The notes beneath the pieces were generated by a model. That model searched no databases. It was not told the DNA's origin and saw only the letters and a program-made list of their open reading frames with translations. Source: Gemmata obscuriglobus (GTDB taxonomy: Bacteria; Planctomycetota; Planctomycetia; Gemmatales; Gemmataceae). From it: a stretch of DNA of 32,000 nt. The translations under genes were made by a program, and so were the position numbers. Each line of letters begins with the position of its first letter. Position 1 is the first letter of the stretch. The stretch is from contig NZ_CP042911.1 of assembly GCF_008065095.1 (NCBI RefSeq), positions 3,600,001 to 3,632,000 of the forward strand, given 5' to 3'. Shown piece by piece: positions 17,881 through 25,039 of this stretch.

Positions 17881-18732
17881 TCAGATCAGGCCGCGCCGCG
17901 CCAGACACGCGAGGTCCATGCCCCACGCGACCGCGATGTGCAGGCTCGCGCCGAGCCACACCGACCGGGTCGCCAAGCTCATGAAGCCGAGCACCACGCC
18001 GGCCACGATCGACGCGCACGTTTCGGGCCACGGTTTGCCGAAGTGGATCATCACATACGGGAACGTCATCACGAACACCGAGTAAACACCGAACCGGTGT
18101 TTGGTGCCGTGGACCACGAACCCGCGGAAGAAGAATTCCAGCGCCACGAACTGGGCCGCGTAGGAAAGCTCCCACTTCCACAGCTCGGCGCGCACCTCGG
18201 CGGGCGACTGGAACCGCATGAACGGGTACGTCTGTTGGAACCGCTCTTCTCCGGAACAGAACCACACGAGCGGCACCATGACGAGCACGAACACCGCATA
18301 CAGCGGCCACGCGTTGAAGACGCCGCTGAGCTTCAGGCCGTAATCTTTCAGCCGCGCGCGGAACCCGAGTTTGAGCACGAGCACGGGGATCAGAGCGTAA
18401 GTTGCGACCGACGCCCAGGCCCACCACACGCGGGTCGAAAGCGGGTCGGCGCTCCACCGGCGCAAGGTCGCCTCCGCTGCCGCCGCGGCTTCGGGGCCGC
18501 CGACGGCGTTCGCGATGAGGGTTACTACCTCAATGAGCGCGGCCGGGCCGCCGGTGTAGTTCTGAACCGTGAGGCACGCGGCGGCGGTGAGGAGTACGAT
18601 CGGCGTGCGCCAGTCGATCCGGCGACCTTGATCGGAGAGCCGGTACGCGAGTGCGTCCGCTTCCACTTTGCGGATCGGTTCGGCGAGCCACGTGTCCCAG
18701 AGGCGCAGCAGCCCAGACATTGCTGGTTTCAC
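17881..18732 (-). CDS. CPBP-family intramembrane protease (CAAX protease-like)
   Basis: Polytopic membrane protein with CPBP-like motifs: ALEFFFRGF (a variant of EExxxR), FPYVMIHFGKP, and VVLGFMSLATRSVWLGASLHIAVAW. Confidence 0.65.
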   Translation of the reverse strand: MKPAMSGLLRLWDTWLAEPIRKVEADALAYRLSDQGRRIDWRTPIVLLTAAACLTVQNYTGGPAALIEVVTLIANAVGGPEAAAAAEATLRRWSADPLSTRVWWAWASVATYALIPVLVLKLGFRARLKDYGLKLSGVFNAWPLYAVFVLVMVPLVWFCSGEERFQQTYPFMRFQSPAEVRAELWKWELSYAAQFVALEFFFRGFVVHGTKHRFGVYSVFVMTFPYVMIHFGKPWPETCASIVAGVVLGFMSLATRSVWLGASLHIAVAWGMDLACLARRGLI

Positions 18733-18874
18733 CGCAGGACGGAATGGATGCGTTCGCGGCAGTGTACGAGGTCTGCCTGCTGCCAGCTACGGCTTTCGCG
18801 TGTCTATGGGGCGTGCCGGCTCGGGTGCAACTCGGACCTTTACGATTGCGAACCGGTTGCCGCGGGCTCGTCGG

Positions 18875-20926
18875 TCACGTCGCGGATGCCTTGCGCTTGG
18901 CCGCCGGTTTGGTGGGAGGGGGATCGGTGGGCATTCCGTCGATGAACCGGGCGGCGTCGGGCAGGGCATCCAGAAACACGCGACCGTAGGGTTTGGTGAT
19001 GACGCGCGGGTCGAACAGCACCACGATGCCGGTGTCCGTGGCCGTGCGGATGAGCCGGCCGAAGCCCTGCTTGAGTTTGATGGCCGCTTGCGGCACCTGG
19101 TACTCCATGAACGGGTTGCCGCCGCCGGCCTGGATCGCCTCCAACCGCGCCTCGGTGAGCGGGCGGTCCGGCACCGAGAAGGGGAGCTTCGTGATGATGA
19201 CGTTCGACAGCGCCTCGCCGCGCACATCGACCCCCTGCCAGAAGCTGTCCACCCCGAACAGCACGGCCTTCTTCGCCTCGCGGAACTGGTCCAGCAGCTT
19301 CGCCGCCGGCAGGCCGGTCCCCTGCGCGAGCAGCGTGTACCCCTGCTGCACGAACCACGGCATGAGCTGCTGGGCCGCTCGGTTCAGGAACCCGTAACTG
19401 GTGAACAGCACGAACGCGCGGCCGTTCGTGCGGGTGACGTACTCGGGGATCTTCTTGAGCACCTCGTCTTCGTAGCGCGCGCTCTGTGTCGACGGGTCCG
19501 GCATGGAGCGGAACAGGTGCAGCTCGACCTGCTTCTGGTAGTCGAACGGGCTGCCCAGTTGGGCCGTTTTTGCGGTGTCGAGGCCGAGCCGTTTCTGGAA
19601 CAGCTTGAACCCGGTTTCGCCGCCCGCGGACAGCGTCGCGCTCGCGAGAACGACGCTAGGCACCTTGTCGTAAAGCTGCTCCTTCAGGGCCGGTCCGACC
19701 TCGATCGGGGCACTGGCGAGCGCCACCCGCGGGATCCGACCCGGTTTGGTTTCGACCCAGTACACTTGGCCCGGCAACTCTTGACCGAGCCACTCCTTGA
19801 CGCTCTTGGCCATCGCGTACAACCGGTCCCCGCGGCTGACCAGTTCGAGCTTCTCCTCTTCCGCGTCGCGCCCCTTCGCCAGTTCGTGCAGGGTGTCGCC
19901 GAGCCGGCCCAGCTCAGTGCTCAGCGTGTCTTCGACGATCCACCGCTCGCGCACCCGCCCGGTGCCGCCGGCGGCGTTCGGCCCGGTGCCTTTGGGCTGG
20001 TTCAGTTGCCACTGGTGGACGGACAGGAAGAACTTCTCCGCGGCCTGGCGGGTGGCGTCGAGCTGCGCGACCGCGTCGCCGTCGCCGAGGGTCGCGAGGA
20101 TGCCCTTTTGCGTGCGCGGCGCGAGGAGCTGGCTCATGAGGTACTCGACCCCGCCCTGCGAGAGCCCGATGCCGAGGTGGTCGGCCGCGACATCTTCGAG
20201 CGTGTGGGCCTCGTCGAAGATGACGGCGTGGTACTCCGGGAGGATGCCGCCGCCGGTGCGGCGCAGCGCGAGGTCGGCGAAGAACAGGGCGTGGTTCACG
20301 ACCAGGATGTTGGACCCGAACACGGTCTTCCGCGCGCGGAAGTAGAAGCAGTCCGCCTGATGGGGGCATTTCCGCCCCAGGCAGTTGCTACTGTCGCTGT
20401 GGACCAGGTCCCACACGGGTTCGTAGGGTTGGACGGGCAGGTCGGACTTGCTCCCGTCCTGCGTTTTGCGCGACCAGCGGCCGATCTGGATCATCTGGTC
20501 CACGGCGCCGGGCGTGTCGAGGAGCGAACTGGCTTTCGATTGCGCCACGCGGAGCCGGCGGAGACTCAGGTAGTTGCCGCGGCCCTTGACGAGTACGGGC
20601 CGGTAGTCCCCGGGCAGAACCGATTGCAGGAAGGGGAGGTCTTTGCGGATCAGTTGCTCTTGGAGCCCGATCGTGTGCGTCGAGATGACGACGCGGAAAT
20701 CCTTCTTCGCGCTGACGGCCAGAATCGCGGGCACGAGGTACGCGAACGACTTGCCGACCCCGGTTCCGGCTTCGACCAAGAGCTGACGCTTCCGGCCCAA
20801 CGCCTCACCGACGGCCTCGGCCATGTCGAGCTGTTGCGGGCGCGACTCGAACCCGGGGAACTTCTTGGAGATGAGCCCGTCCGGGCCGAGAACTTTGCGT
20901 GCGTCCATACCCGGAATTGTCGTCAC
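18875..20926 (-). CDS. dinG: DinG/Rad3-family ATP-dependent DNA helicase (Fe-S type)
   Basis: 683 aa. Walker A is [13 protein letters not shown] and the DEAH box is IFDEAHTLE. There is an Fe-S Cys cluster ([13 protein letters not shown]) and a C-terminal helicase block ([23 protein letters not shown]...QGFGRLIR). Confidence 0.9.
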   Translation of the reverse strand: MTTIPGMDARKVLGPDGLISKKFPGFESRPQQLDMAEAVGEALGRKRQLLVEAGTGVGKSFAYLVPAILAVSAKKDFRVVISTHTIGLQEQLIRKDLPFLQSVLPGDYRPVLVKGRGNYLSLRRLRVAQSKASSLLDTPGAVDQMIQIGRWSRKTQDGSKSDLPVQPYEPVWDLVHSDSSNCLGRKCPHQADCFYFRARKTVFGSNILVVNHALFFADLALRRTGGGILPEYHAVIFDEAHTLEDVAADHLGIGLSQGGVEYLMSQLLAPRTQKGILATLGDGDAVAQLDATRQAAEKFFLSVHQWQLNQPKGTGPNAAGGTGRVRERWIVEDTLSTELGRLGDTLHELAKGRDAEEEKLELVSRGDRLYAMAKSVKEWLGQELPGQVYWVETKPGRIPRVALASAPIEVGPALKEQLYDKVPSVVLASATLSAGGETGFKLFQKRLGLDTAKTAQLGSPFDYQKQVELHLFRSMPDPSTQSARYEDEVLKKIPEYVTRTNGRAFVLFTSYGFLNRAAQQLMPWFVQQGYTLLAQGTGLPAAKLLDQFREAKKAVLFGVDSFWQGVDVRGEALSNVIITKLPFSVPDRPLTEARLEAIQAGGGNPFMEYQVPQAAIKLKQGFGRLIRTATDTGIVVLFDPRVITKPYGRVFLDALPDAARFIDGMPTDPPPTKPAAKRKASAT

Positions 20927-20976
20927 TGCCGGAAAGGGTGTAAAGGCCGGTTGGCGGTGGCCGTTCGAGCGCGGGC

Positions 20977-21040
20977 GAAGCGAGCCACGCCGGGTTCCTT
21001 CAACTCAGTGAGTTGGGGGTAACCCGGCGTGGCTCGCTTC
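20977..21040. repeat. 20-bp perfect inverted repeat with a 24-nt loop that itself contains a small palindrome
   Basis: GAAGCGAGCCACGCCGGGTT (20977-20996) is the exact reverse complement of 21021-21040. The loop contains CAACTCA-G-TGAGTTG. It lies between the BON gene stop (21059) and the dinG start (20926). No U-tract is present. Confidence 0.8.
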
Positions 21041-21058
21041 ACATTAACCGCGGGTGGC

Positions 21059-21772
21059 TCACCAGAACTTCACGCGCCAGTAGTCGTGCGGAGCGGACTT
21101 GCGACCGAGGTACCAGTGCCCGTCGTCCCATTCGAGGGTCACTTTGCGCCAGCCGAGCGGCACCTTCGGGAACGGGTAGTACGGCCCGATGAACGGGAAC
21201 GCGTTGTACGGGTAGGATTCCGGGTAAGCGACGCGGCTGAGGTTGTTGTAGGGGGCGTAGGTCGGCCACGCGTACGGCGGCAGGTTCGGGGCCTGCATGT
21301 CCGGGGCGGCCTGACCCGGAACGCCCAGCGGGGCGGGTTCCACGATCGGGTTGAACCCGACGGGGCCGGGGGCCGGGGCCAGCGGTGCGCCGGTGAGGCC
21401 GAGCGGGGTCGGCGCGACCGGGGCGAGCCCGATCGGCGGGTCCTGCACCTGCACCACGCCGGTCGCGATCGACCGCATGTTGTCACGGACCACAACGACA
21501 CCGGTGACCGACTTGGCGTCCGCCACGAGCTTCGCCTTCTGGGCGGCATCTTTGGCGAGACCGCTAAGGGTCACGATGCCGTCTTGTGCCACGATGGCCA
21601 CATCGGCGCCCGTGGCGTTGCCGCCCGAGCGGATGCGGGTGGCGACATCGTCGGCGAGGGTTTGATTCGGGTTGACGGCTGCCACGGCAGGCAGAGCGGC
21701 CGGGGGAGTCGCGAGCGTCTGACCGGCGAAGCCGGCCGCGACGGCGAGAGAGAACAGGGCACGCACCTTCAC
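21059..21772 (-). CDS. secreted BON domain protein
   Basis: Signal peptide MKVRALFSLAVAAGFAGQTLA. The BON domain is ADVAIVAQDGIVTLSGLAKDAAQKAKLVADAKSVTGVVVVRDNM. The Pro-rich C-terminus (YAWPTYAPYNN...WRKVTLEWDDGHWYLG) is seen in planctomycete BON proteins. Confidence 0.8.
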   Translation of the reverse strand: MKVRALFSLAVAAGFAGQTLATPPAALPAVAAVNPNQTLADDVATRIRSGGNATGADVAIVAQDGIVTLSGLAKDAAQKAKLVADAKSVTGVVVVRDNMRSIATGVVQVQDPPIGLAPVAPTPLGLTGAPLAPAPGPVGFNPIVEPAPLGVPGQAAPDMQAPNLPPYAWPTYAPYNNLSRVAYPESYPYNAFPFIGPYYPFPKVPLGWRKVTLEWDDGHWYLGRKSAPHDYWRVKFW

Positions 21773-22002
21773 GGGGAACCTCCTTGTTCGGATGCAGACC
21801 TAGCGGTATTCATCCTGAGCAAAGTTATCATTGCCCCGGGTCCGGGGTCGGTCAAATTCGTGGGCCGGCGGTTTCGTCTCTTCGTGCGGCACGGGGGCGG
21901 CGCGTTTGGCAGAATTGCGGGAACAATGCGAACCGGCACAACCTTCAAACTCGGGCAGCCCGCGTTGCGGTCGCGGATCGAAATTGTTCAAGGCGGGAAA
22001 CG

Positions 22003-22031
22003 TTGACGCTGGGCGGGACGGGCCATATGAT
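22003..22031 (+). promoter_or_regulatory. sigma70-like promoter of tRNA-Arg
   Basis: TTGACG (22003-22008), 17-nt spacer, TATGAT (22026-22031). The mature tRNA 5' end is 13 nt downstream. Confidence 0.6.
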
Positions 22032-22043
22032 TTGCTTCGGCGA

Positions 22044-22117
<74 letters not shown>

Positions 22118-22124
22118 CTGACAT

Positions 22125-22156
22125 AACCCCGTGCGACGCACGGGGTTGTGTCTTTT
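22125..22156 (+). terminator. rho-independent terminator after tRNA-Arg
   Basis: AACCCCGTG, CGACG loop, CACGGGGTT, followed by GTGTCTTTT. Confidence 0.8.
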
Positions 22157-22216
22157 ACAGACCGTGCCCGATAACGGCCGGTGGTAACGCGGTGGCAACG
22201 ACGGACCGAAGCGGTT

Positions 22217-23302
22217 TCAGGGCTTAACTGGCGGGTTTAGAAAGCCTTCCATCACGGCCGCCGCCCGCTGCTGGTCGCCCGGCATGACGTGGGCGTAGTG
22301 CTTCAGGGTGGTCATCACGTCCGCGTGCCCGAGTCGCTCGCTCACCACCTTCAGCGGCACGTGTGCCCGGAGCAGGAGCGTCGCCATCGTGTGTCGCATG
22401 GTGTAGGGTGTAACCCATTCGAGGTCGGCTTTTTTCCGGATCGGGCCGAAGGGGCTCCGCAGGAAGTTCGACTGCCACCACGCCCCGCCCCGGCTGTCCG
22501 GCATCACCAGTTTCCCGGTCCACAGGGGCGGCCGTGCGGCCAGCATGGCGGCGACGGTGGACGGGGCCAGCTCGATCGTCCGCACCTTCCCCGTCTTCGT
22601 GTCCTTCCGCTCGTTGGTCACCCCGTCCTGTGCCCCGCTCACTTTGATCTCGCTCTTGTCGGGGTGGAAGTCGTCCCAGCAGAGGGCGAACATTTCCGCC
22701 GGCCGCAATCCGGCGTCGAGCCAAAGGCGGAAGGCGTAGCCGAGTTGGTGGAGCGATTCGGCGGCGGTCAGGAACGCCACGCACTGGTCCGGTAGCATGG
22801 CCCGCTTCTCGTCACGCTTCGGGTTGGGGAGCTTCAACTCTGCCATCGGGTTCACCGGGATGCGGCTGAACGCCACAGCGGACCCGAGGGCGTTCCGCAG
22901 TACGGCCCCCGCTTTCTGGCGTTCACTGTCGCTCTGCCCGTCGGTCGCCATCTGGGCGAGCATCAGCACGATCTTCTCGCGGGTGAGGTCGCGGAGCCGG
23001 GTCGAGCCGATCCGCGGTTTGAGGTGCGTGTCCACCCGCCACTTGTCGTGGCTGTAGGTCTTGTTCGAGATGTCCGGCTTCCGCATCTCCATCCAGGCGT
23101 CCAGCCACTCTCCGATAGTCCCGGCCGCCGCGGGCTGGTCCTGCCCCTTCAGCCAGTCCTGAGCGTCCTTTCGCGTGTCGAACGTTTTTGACGACCGCAA
23201 CAGTTCGTTGCCGACCTGCTTTGCCTTGCGGGCGAGGTACTTGCCGTTCGGCTTCTTCGTGATCCCGCCCTCTCCATTCCCCCGCTTCTGGCCTTTGGGC
23301 AT
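22217..23302 (-). CDS. int: tyrosine-type site-specific integrase
   Basis: ORF 22217..23389 trimmed to MPKGQKRG at 23302, with AGGAG 6 nt upstream. The catalytic region is LWLDAGLRPAE...TPYTMRHTMATLLL...LGHADVMTTLKHYAHV (R, HxxR, H and Y positions). The upstream in-frame extension runs through palindrome copy 1 and has poorer third-position GC. Confidence 0.9.
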   Translation of the reverse strand: MPKGQKRGNGEGGITKKPNGKYLARKAKQVGNELLRSSKTFDTRKDAQDWLKGQDQPAAAGTIGEWLDAWMEMRKPDISNKTYSHDKWRVDTHLKPRIGSTRLRDLTREKIVLMLAQMATDGQSDSERQKAGAVLRNALGSAVAFSRIPVNPMAELKLPNPKRDEKRAMLPDQCVAFLTAAESLHQLGYAFRLWLDAGLRPAEMFALCWDDFHPDKSEIKVSGAQDGVTNERKDTKTGKVRTIELAPSTVAAMLAARPPLWTGKLVMPDSRGGAWWQSNFLRSPFGPIRKKADLEWVTPYTMRHTMATLLLRAHVPLKVVSERLGHADVMTTLKHYAHVMPGDQQRAAAVMEGFLNPPVKP

Positions 23303-23314
23303 GTCGGGCTCCTG

Positions 23315-23338
23315 CGTGGTGGTCGCGCGACCACCACG
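23315..23338. repeat. element palindrome copy 1 (24-bp perfect palindrome CGTGGTGGTCGCGCGACCACCACG)
   Basis: Read directly from the sequence. On the minus strand it is followed by GCAGGAGCCCGAC and then the integrase ATG. Confidence 0.95.
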
Positions 23339-23402
23339 GTCAAAAAGAAACGCCGGTGCGATCTTGCACGGCGTCTTTAGAATGCGCACAATTGTCCACT
23401 AT

Positions 23403-23621
23403 TCAAGCTTGCTGATCCGGTTCGCGGACGCGAAACTCTTCGGTGCTCACACCCAACGCTGTTGCGAGTTGAACGATGGCAGACCACTTCGGTTCGTTGC
23501 GCCCCTGCTCCCAGTTCTCGATGGACCGGAGGGTGAGGTTCGCCAGTGAAGCAAGTTCCGTTTGCGACAAATTCCTCGCTTCTCTTAATTCCCGAAGTCG
23601 TTTTGCGAATTGATCTTGCAC
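23403..23621 (-). CDS. XRE-family HTH transcriptional regulator (candidate immunity repressor)
   Basis: ORF 23403..23690 trimmed to the GTG at 23621, with GGGGGAG 5 nt upstream. The HTH_3 pattern is FAKRLRELREARNLSQTELASLANLTLRSIENWEQGRNEPKWSAIVQLATALGVS. It is divergent from the rightward gene set. Confidence 0.85.
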   Translation of the reverse strand: MQDQFAKRLRELREARNLSQTELASLANLTLRSIENWEQGRNEPKWSAIVQLATALGVSTEEFRVREPDQQA

Positions 23622-23625
23622 GAAA

Positions 23626-23745
23626 ACTCCCCCAAAATGGGGATAATGGGCTTGTACTCCCCACATGTGGGGAGTATTCTTCCTACACACAGTGAACGTG
23701 CCATGTGTAGTGCTTCGTGCGTCACACTACCCGATTTTGGGGAGT
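23626..23745. promoter_or_regulatory. three related 20-bp dyad operators (7-6-7 architecture, consensus ACTCCCC-N6-GGGGAGT)
   Basis: O-a is 23626-23645 (ACTCCCC CAAAAT GGGGATA). O-b is 23656-23675 (ACTCCCC ACATGT GGGGAGT), the core of the perfect 22-bp palindrome TACTCCCCACATGTGGGGAGTA at 23655-23676. O-c is 23726-23745 (ACTACCC GATTTT GGGGAGT). Centre-to-centre distances are 30 and 70 bp. Confidence 0.65.
23652..23680 (+). promoter_or_regulatory. candidate rightward early promoter overlapped by operator O-b
   Basis: TTGTAC (23652-23657), 17-nt spacer, TATTCT (23675-23680). The spacer is almost entirely the O-b palindrome. Confidence 0.5.
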
Positions 23746-23840
23746 TACAAAACTCGACGCGTGTTCACTGAGTGCCGAAAGGGTCTCGCGTTTTTCAACG
23801 TGCCGGTCAGTGAAGCCAGATCGCCCAAATGAGTCGGAAC

Positions 23841-23856
23841 GTGGTCGCGCGACCAC
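23841..23856. repeat. element palindrome copy 2 (GTGGTCGCGCGACCAC)
   Basis: Perfect 16-mer. It lies 16 nt upstream of GTG 23873, with an AGGAG SD in between. Confidence 0.95.
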
Positions 23857-23872
23857 TTGGTAGGAGCCAACT

Positions 23873-24112
23873 GTGTCGAAGTTCACGCCCACCGCAGCCG
23901 ACGTGACGGAACTGCGGGACCGGTTGCAAGCGTCCCGCCCTGAACTGTCGCTGTCCCGATCGTGCGTGCGGGGCATTCTCGAAGGCTACATGCTCGAACG
24001 TGCCCTGTTCGGCCGTGCTTTGACGAACCCCGTTACCGGAGCCTCGCAATGTCCGCGACAAATGCCCTCGCTTACGAAGCCGGACTCACCAGCCCCGGCC
24101 CCGACGACGTGA
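23873..24112 (+). CDS. hypothetical small protein, first rightward gene (Cro-like position)
   Basis: GTG start at 23873, with AGGAG 6 nt upstream. Third-position GC is high through about 24040. The stop at 24110-24112 is followed after 1 nt by palindrome copy 3, the same layout as at other gene ends in the element. No family recognised. Confidence 0.5.
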   Translation: MSKFTPTAADVTELRDRLQASRPELSLSRSCVRGILEGYMLERALFGRALTNPVTGASQCPRQMPSLTKPDSPAPAPTT

Positions 24113-24113
24113 C

Positions 24114-24133
24114 CGGTGGTCGCGCGACCACCG
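24114..24133. repeat. element palindrome copy 3 (20-bp perfect palindrome CGGTGGTCGCGCGACCACCG)
   Basis: Starts 1 nt after the TGA at 24110-24112. Confidence 0.95.
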
Positions 24134-24141
24134 TCGCGTTC

Positions 24142-24516
24142 GTGTCGCCCCAGATGCGGAAGGCGGTGTTTGACTGCCGGTACGGTCGCCGGCTCACCGT
24201 GATCGTGCCCCGGTCCGCTTCGGCGGCGTTCGTCCACCTCGACGACCCGGACCGCACGAGCGACTTTCTCGGGTGGCGGGACAACCCGAGCCTGACGCTC
24301 GAAGCCGAAGACCCGGCACTGGTCCGGTTCTGTCGGCTCTGCGTCGAGGGGAGCATCAGCCCCAACGACCTCAGCTACTACTTCGAGCACCGCTGCCCGG
24401 TGGTGTCGGAGAGCGGGTGGCGGCGGACGCTCCTGCACGAGTGGTGCTCGAACGCCCGGCCGGTGGACCCGGTTTCCGCCCTCGCGGTCGAGTTGAACGC
24501 CACGGGAACGATGTGA
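24142..24516 (+). CDS. hypothetical protein
   Basis: This is the 3' part of ORF 23962..24516, and the start is uncertain. GTG 24142 and ATG 24154 lie after the palindrome but lack a clear SD. ATG 24049 has GGAG 7 nt upstream, but it would overlap the upstream ORF by 64 nt and place palindrome copy 3 in frame as GGRATT. No family recognised. Confidence 0.45.
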   Translation: MSPQMRKAVFDCRYGRRLTVIVPRSASAAFVHLDDPDRTSDFLGWRDNPSLTLEAEDPALVRFCRLCVEGSISPNDLSYYFEHRCPVVSESGWRRTLLHEWCSNARPVDPVSALAVELNATGTM

Positions 24517-24608
24517 GGCCATCAGGGCGGTTAGCCGGTGTAACTCCGGACCGGTCAGCCGCGGTTTCACCGCTCTGGCACCGTAGCGGGATGGGAACGG
24601 TGCGACTT

Positions 24609-24675
24609 GGTTCCTGGCTTGGTGCCGTGCGGCGGTGAGCGACGCCGCACCCCCGTTCGATTCGGGGCGGAACCT
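24609..24675 (+). other. tRNA-like cloverleaf (non-canonical) in a 263-bp non-coding gap
   Basis: Acceptor GGTTCCT (24609-24615) pairs with CGGAACC (24668-24674) for 6 of 7 bp. There is a canonical T arm CCCCG-TTCGATT-CGGGG (24651-24667) with the G53-C61 equivalent, and a mini D arm GGC-TTGGT-GCC. The central arm has an 8-bp stem and an 8-nt loop (GTGCGGCG-GTGAGCGA-CGCCGCAC), so there is no standard anticodon loop. Confidence 0.3.
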
Positions 24676-24779
24676 CTGGGCGGGCCGGGTAGACCGGCGG
24701 TGATAGGGCTCCACCGCCGGCGACGCGTGACGCATGGGCCACGCGCCCCGGCCCGCCTCCTCGCAAGGAGTTCGACGAC

Positions 24780-24989
24780 ATGCCTACCGTCCCCCAGATC
24801 CCGTTGCCCGCGGGCGACCGCTGGATGCAGACCCGCGAGCTGGCCCAGTTGTTCGGGCTCAACGCCGAGACGATCAACCGCTGGCGGCGGACGGGCAGAC
24901 TCAAGGGCTACCCGGTCGGGAAGATGTTCTGGTACAAGCGGTCCGACGTGAACGTCCTGCTCGAAGCGATGAAGCTGCCCACCATCTGA
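24780..24989 (+). CDS. excisionase/AlpA-like helix-turn-helix DNA-binding protein
   Basis: 69 aa, with AAGGAG 9 nt upstream. The pattern TRELAQLFGLNAETINRWRRTGRLKGYPVGKMFWYKRSDVNVLLE matches the excisionase-family (MerR-like HTH_17) domain. Confidence 0.75.
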   Translation: MPTVPQIPLPAGDRWMQTRELAQLFGLNAETINRWRRTGRLKGYPVGKMFWYKRSDVNVLLEAMKLPTI

Positions 24990-24990
24990 A

Positions 24991-25006
24991 GTGGTCGCGC
25001 GACCAC
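24991..25006. repeat. element palindrome copy 4 (GTGGTCGCGCGACCAC)
   Basis: Starts 1 nt after the TGA of the excisionase-like gene (24987-24989). Confidence 0.95.
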
Positions 25007-25039
25007 CCGCGGGCCTTCCATAAGTAAGTGGCGGCACCA

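Noticed and set aside
23303-23389. N-terminal extension of the integrase ORF (MRILKTPCKIAPAFLFDRGGRATTTQEPD).
   Set aside because: The extension runs through palindrome copy 1, has poorer third-position GC, and has no SD. The internal Met at 23302 has AGGAG at ideal spacing and gives a normal integrase N-terminus.
23962-24048. The upstream part of ORF 23962..24516 (MRAGHSRRLHARTCPVRPCFDEPRYRSLA) as the true start of the second rightward gene.
   Set aside because: This frame is Arg-rich and overlaps the better-coding frame of ORF 23873..24112. Only the ATG at 24049 or later starts are plausible.
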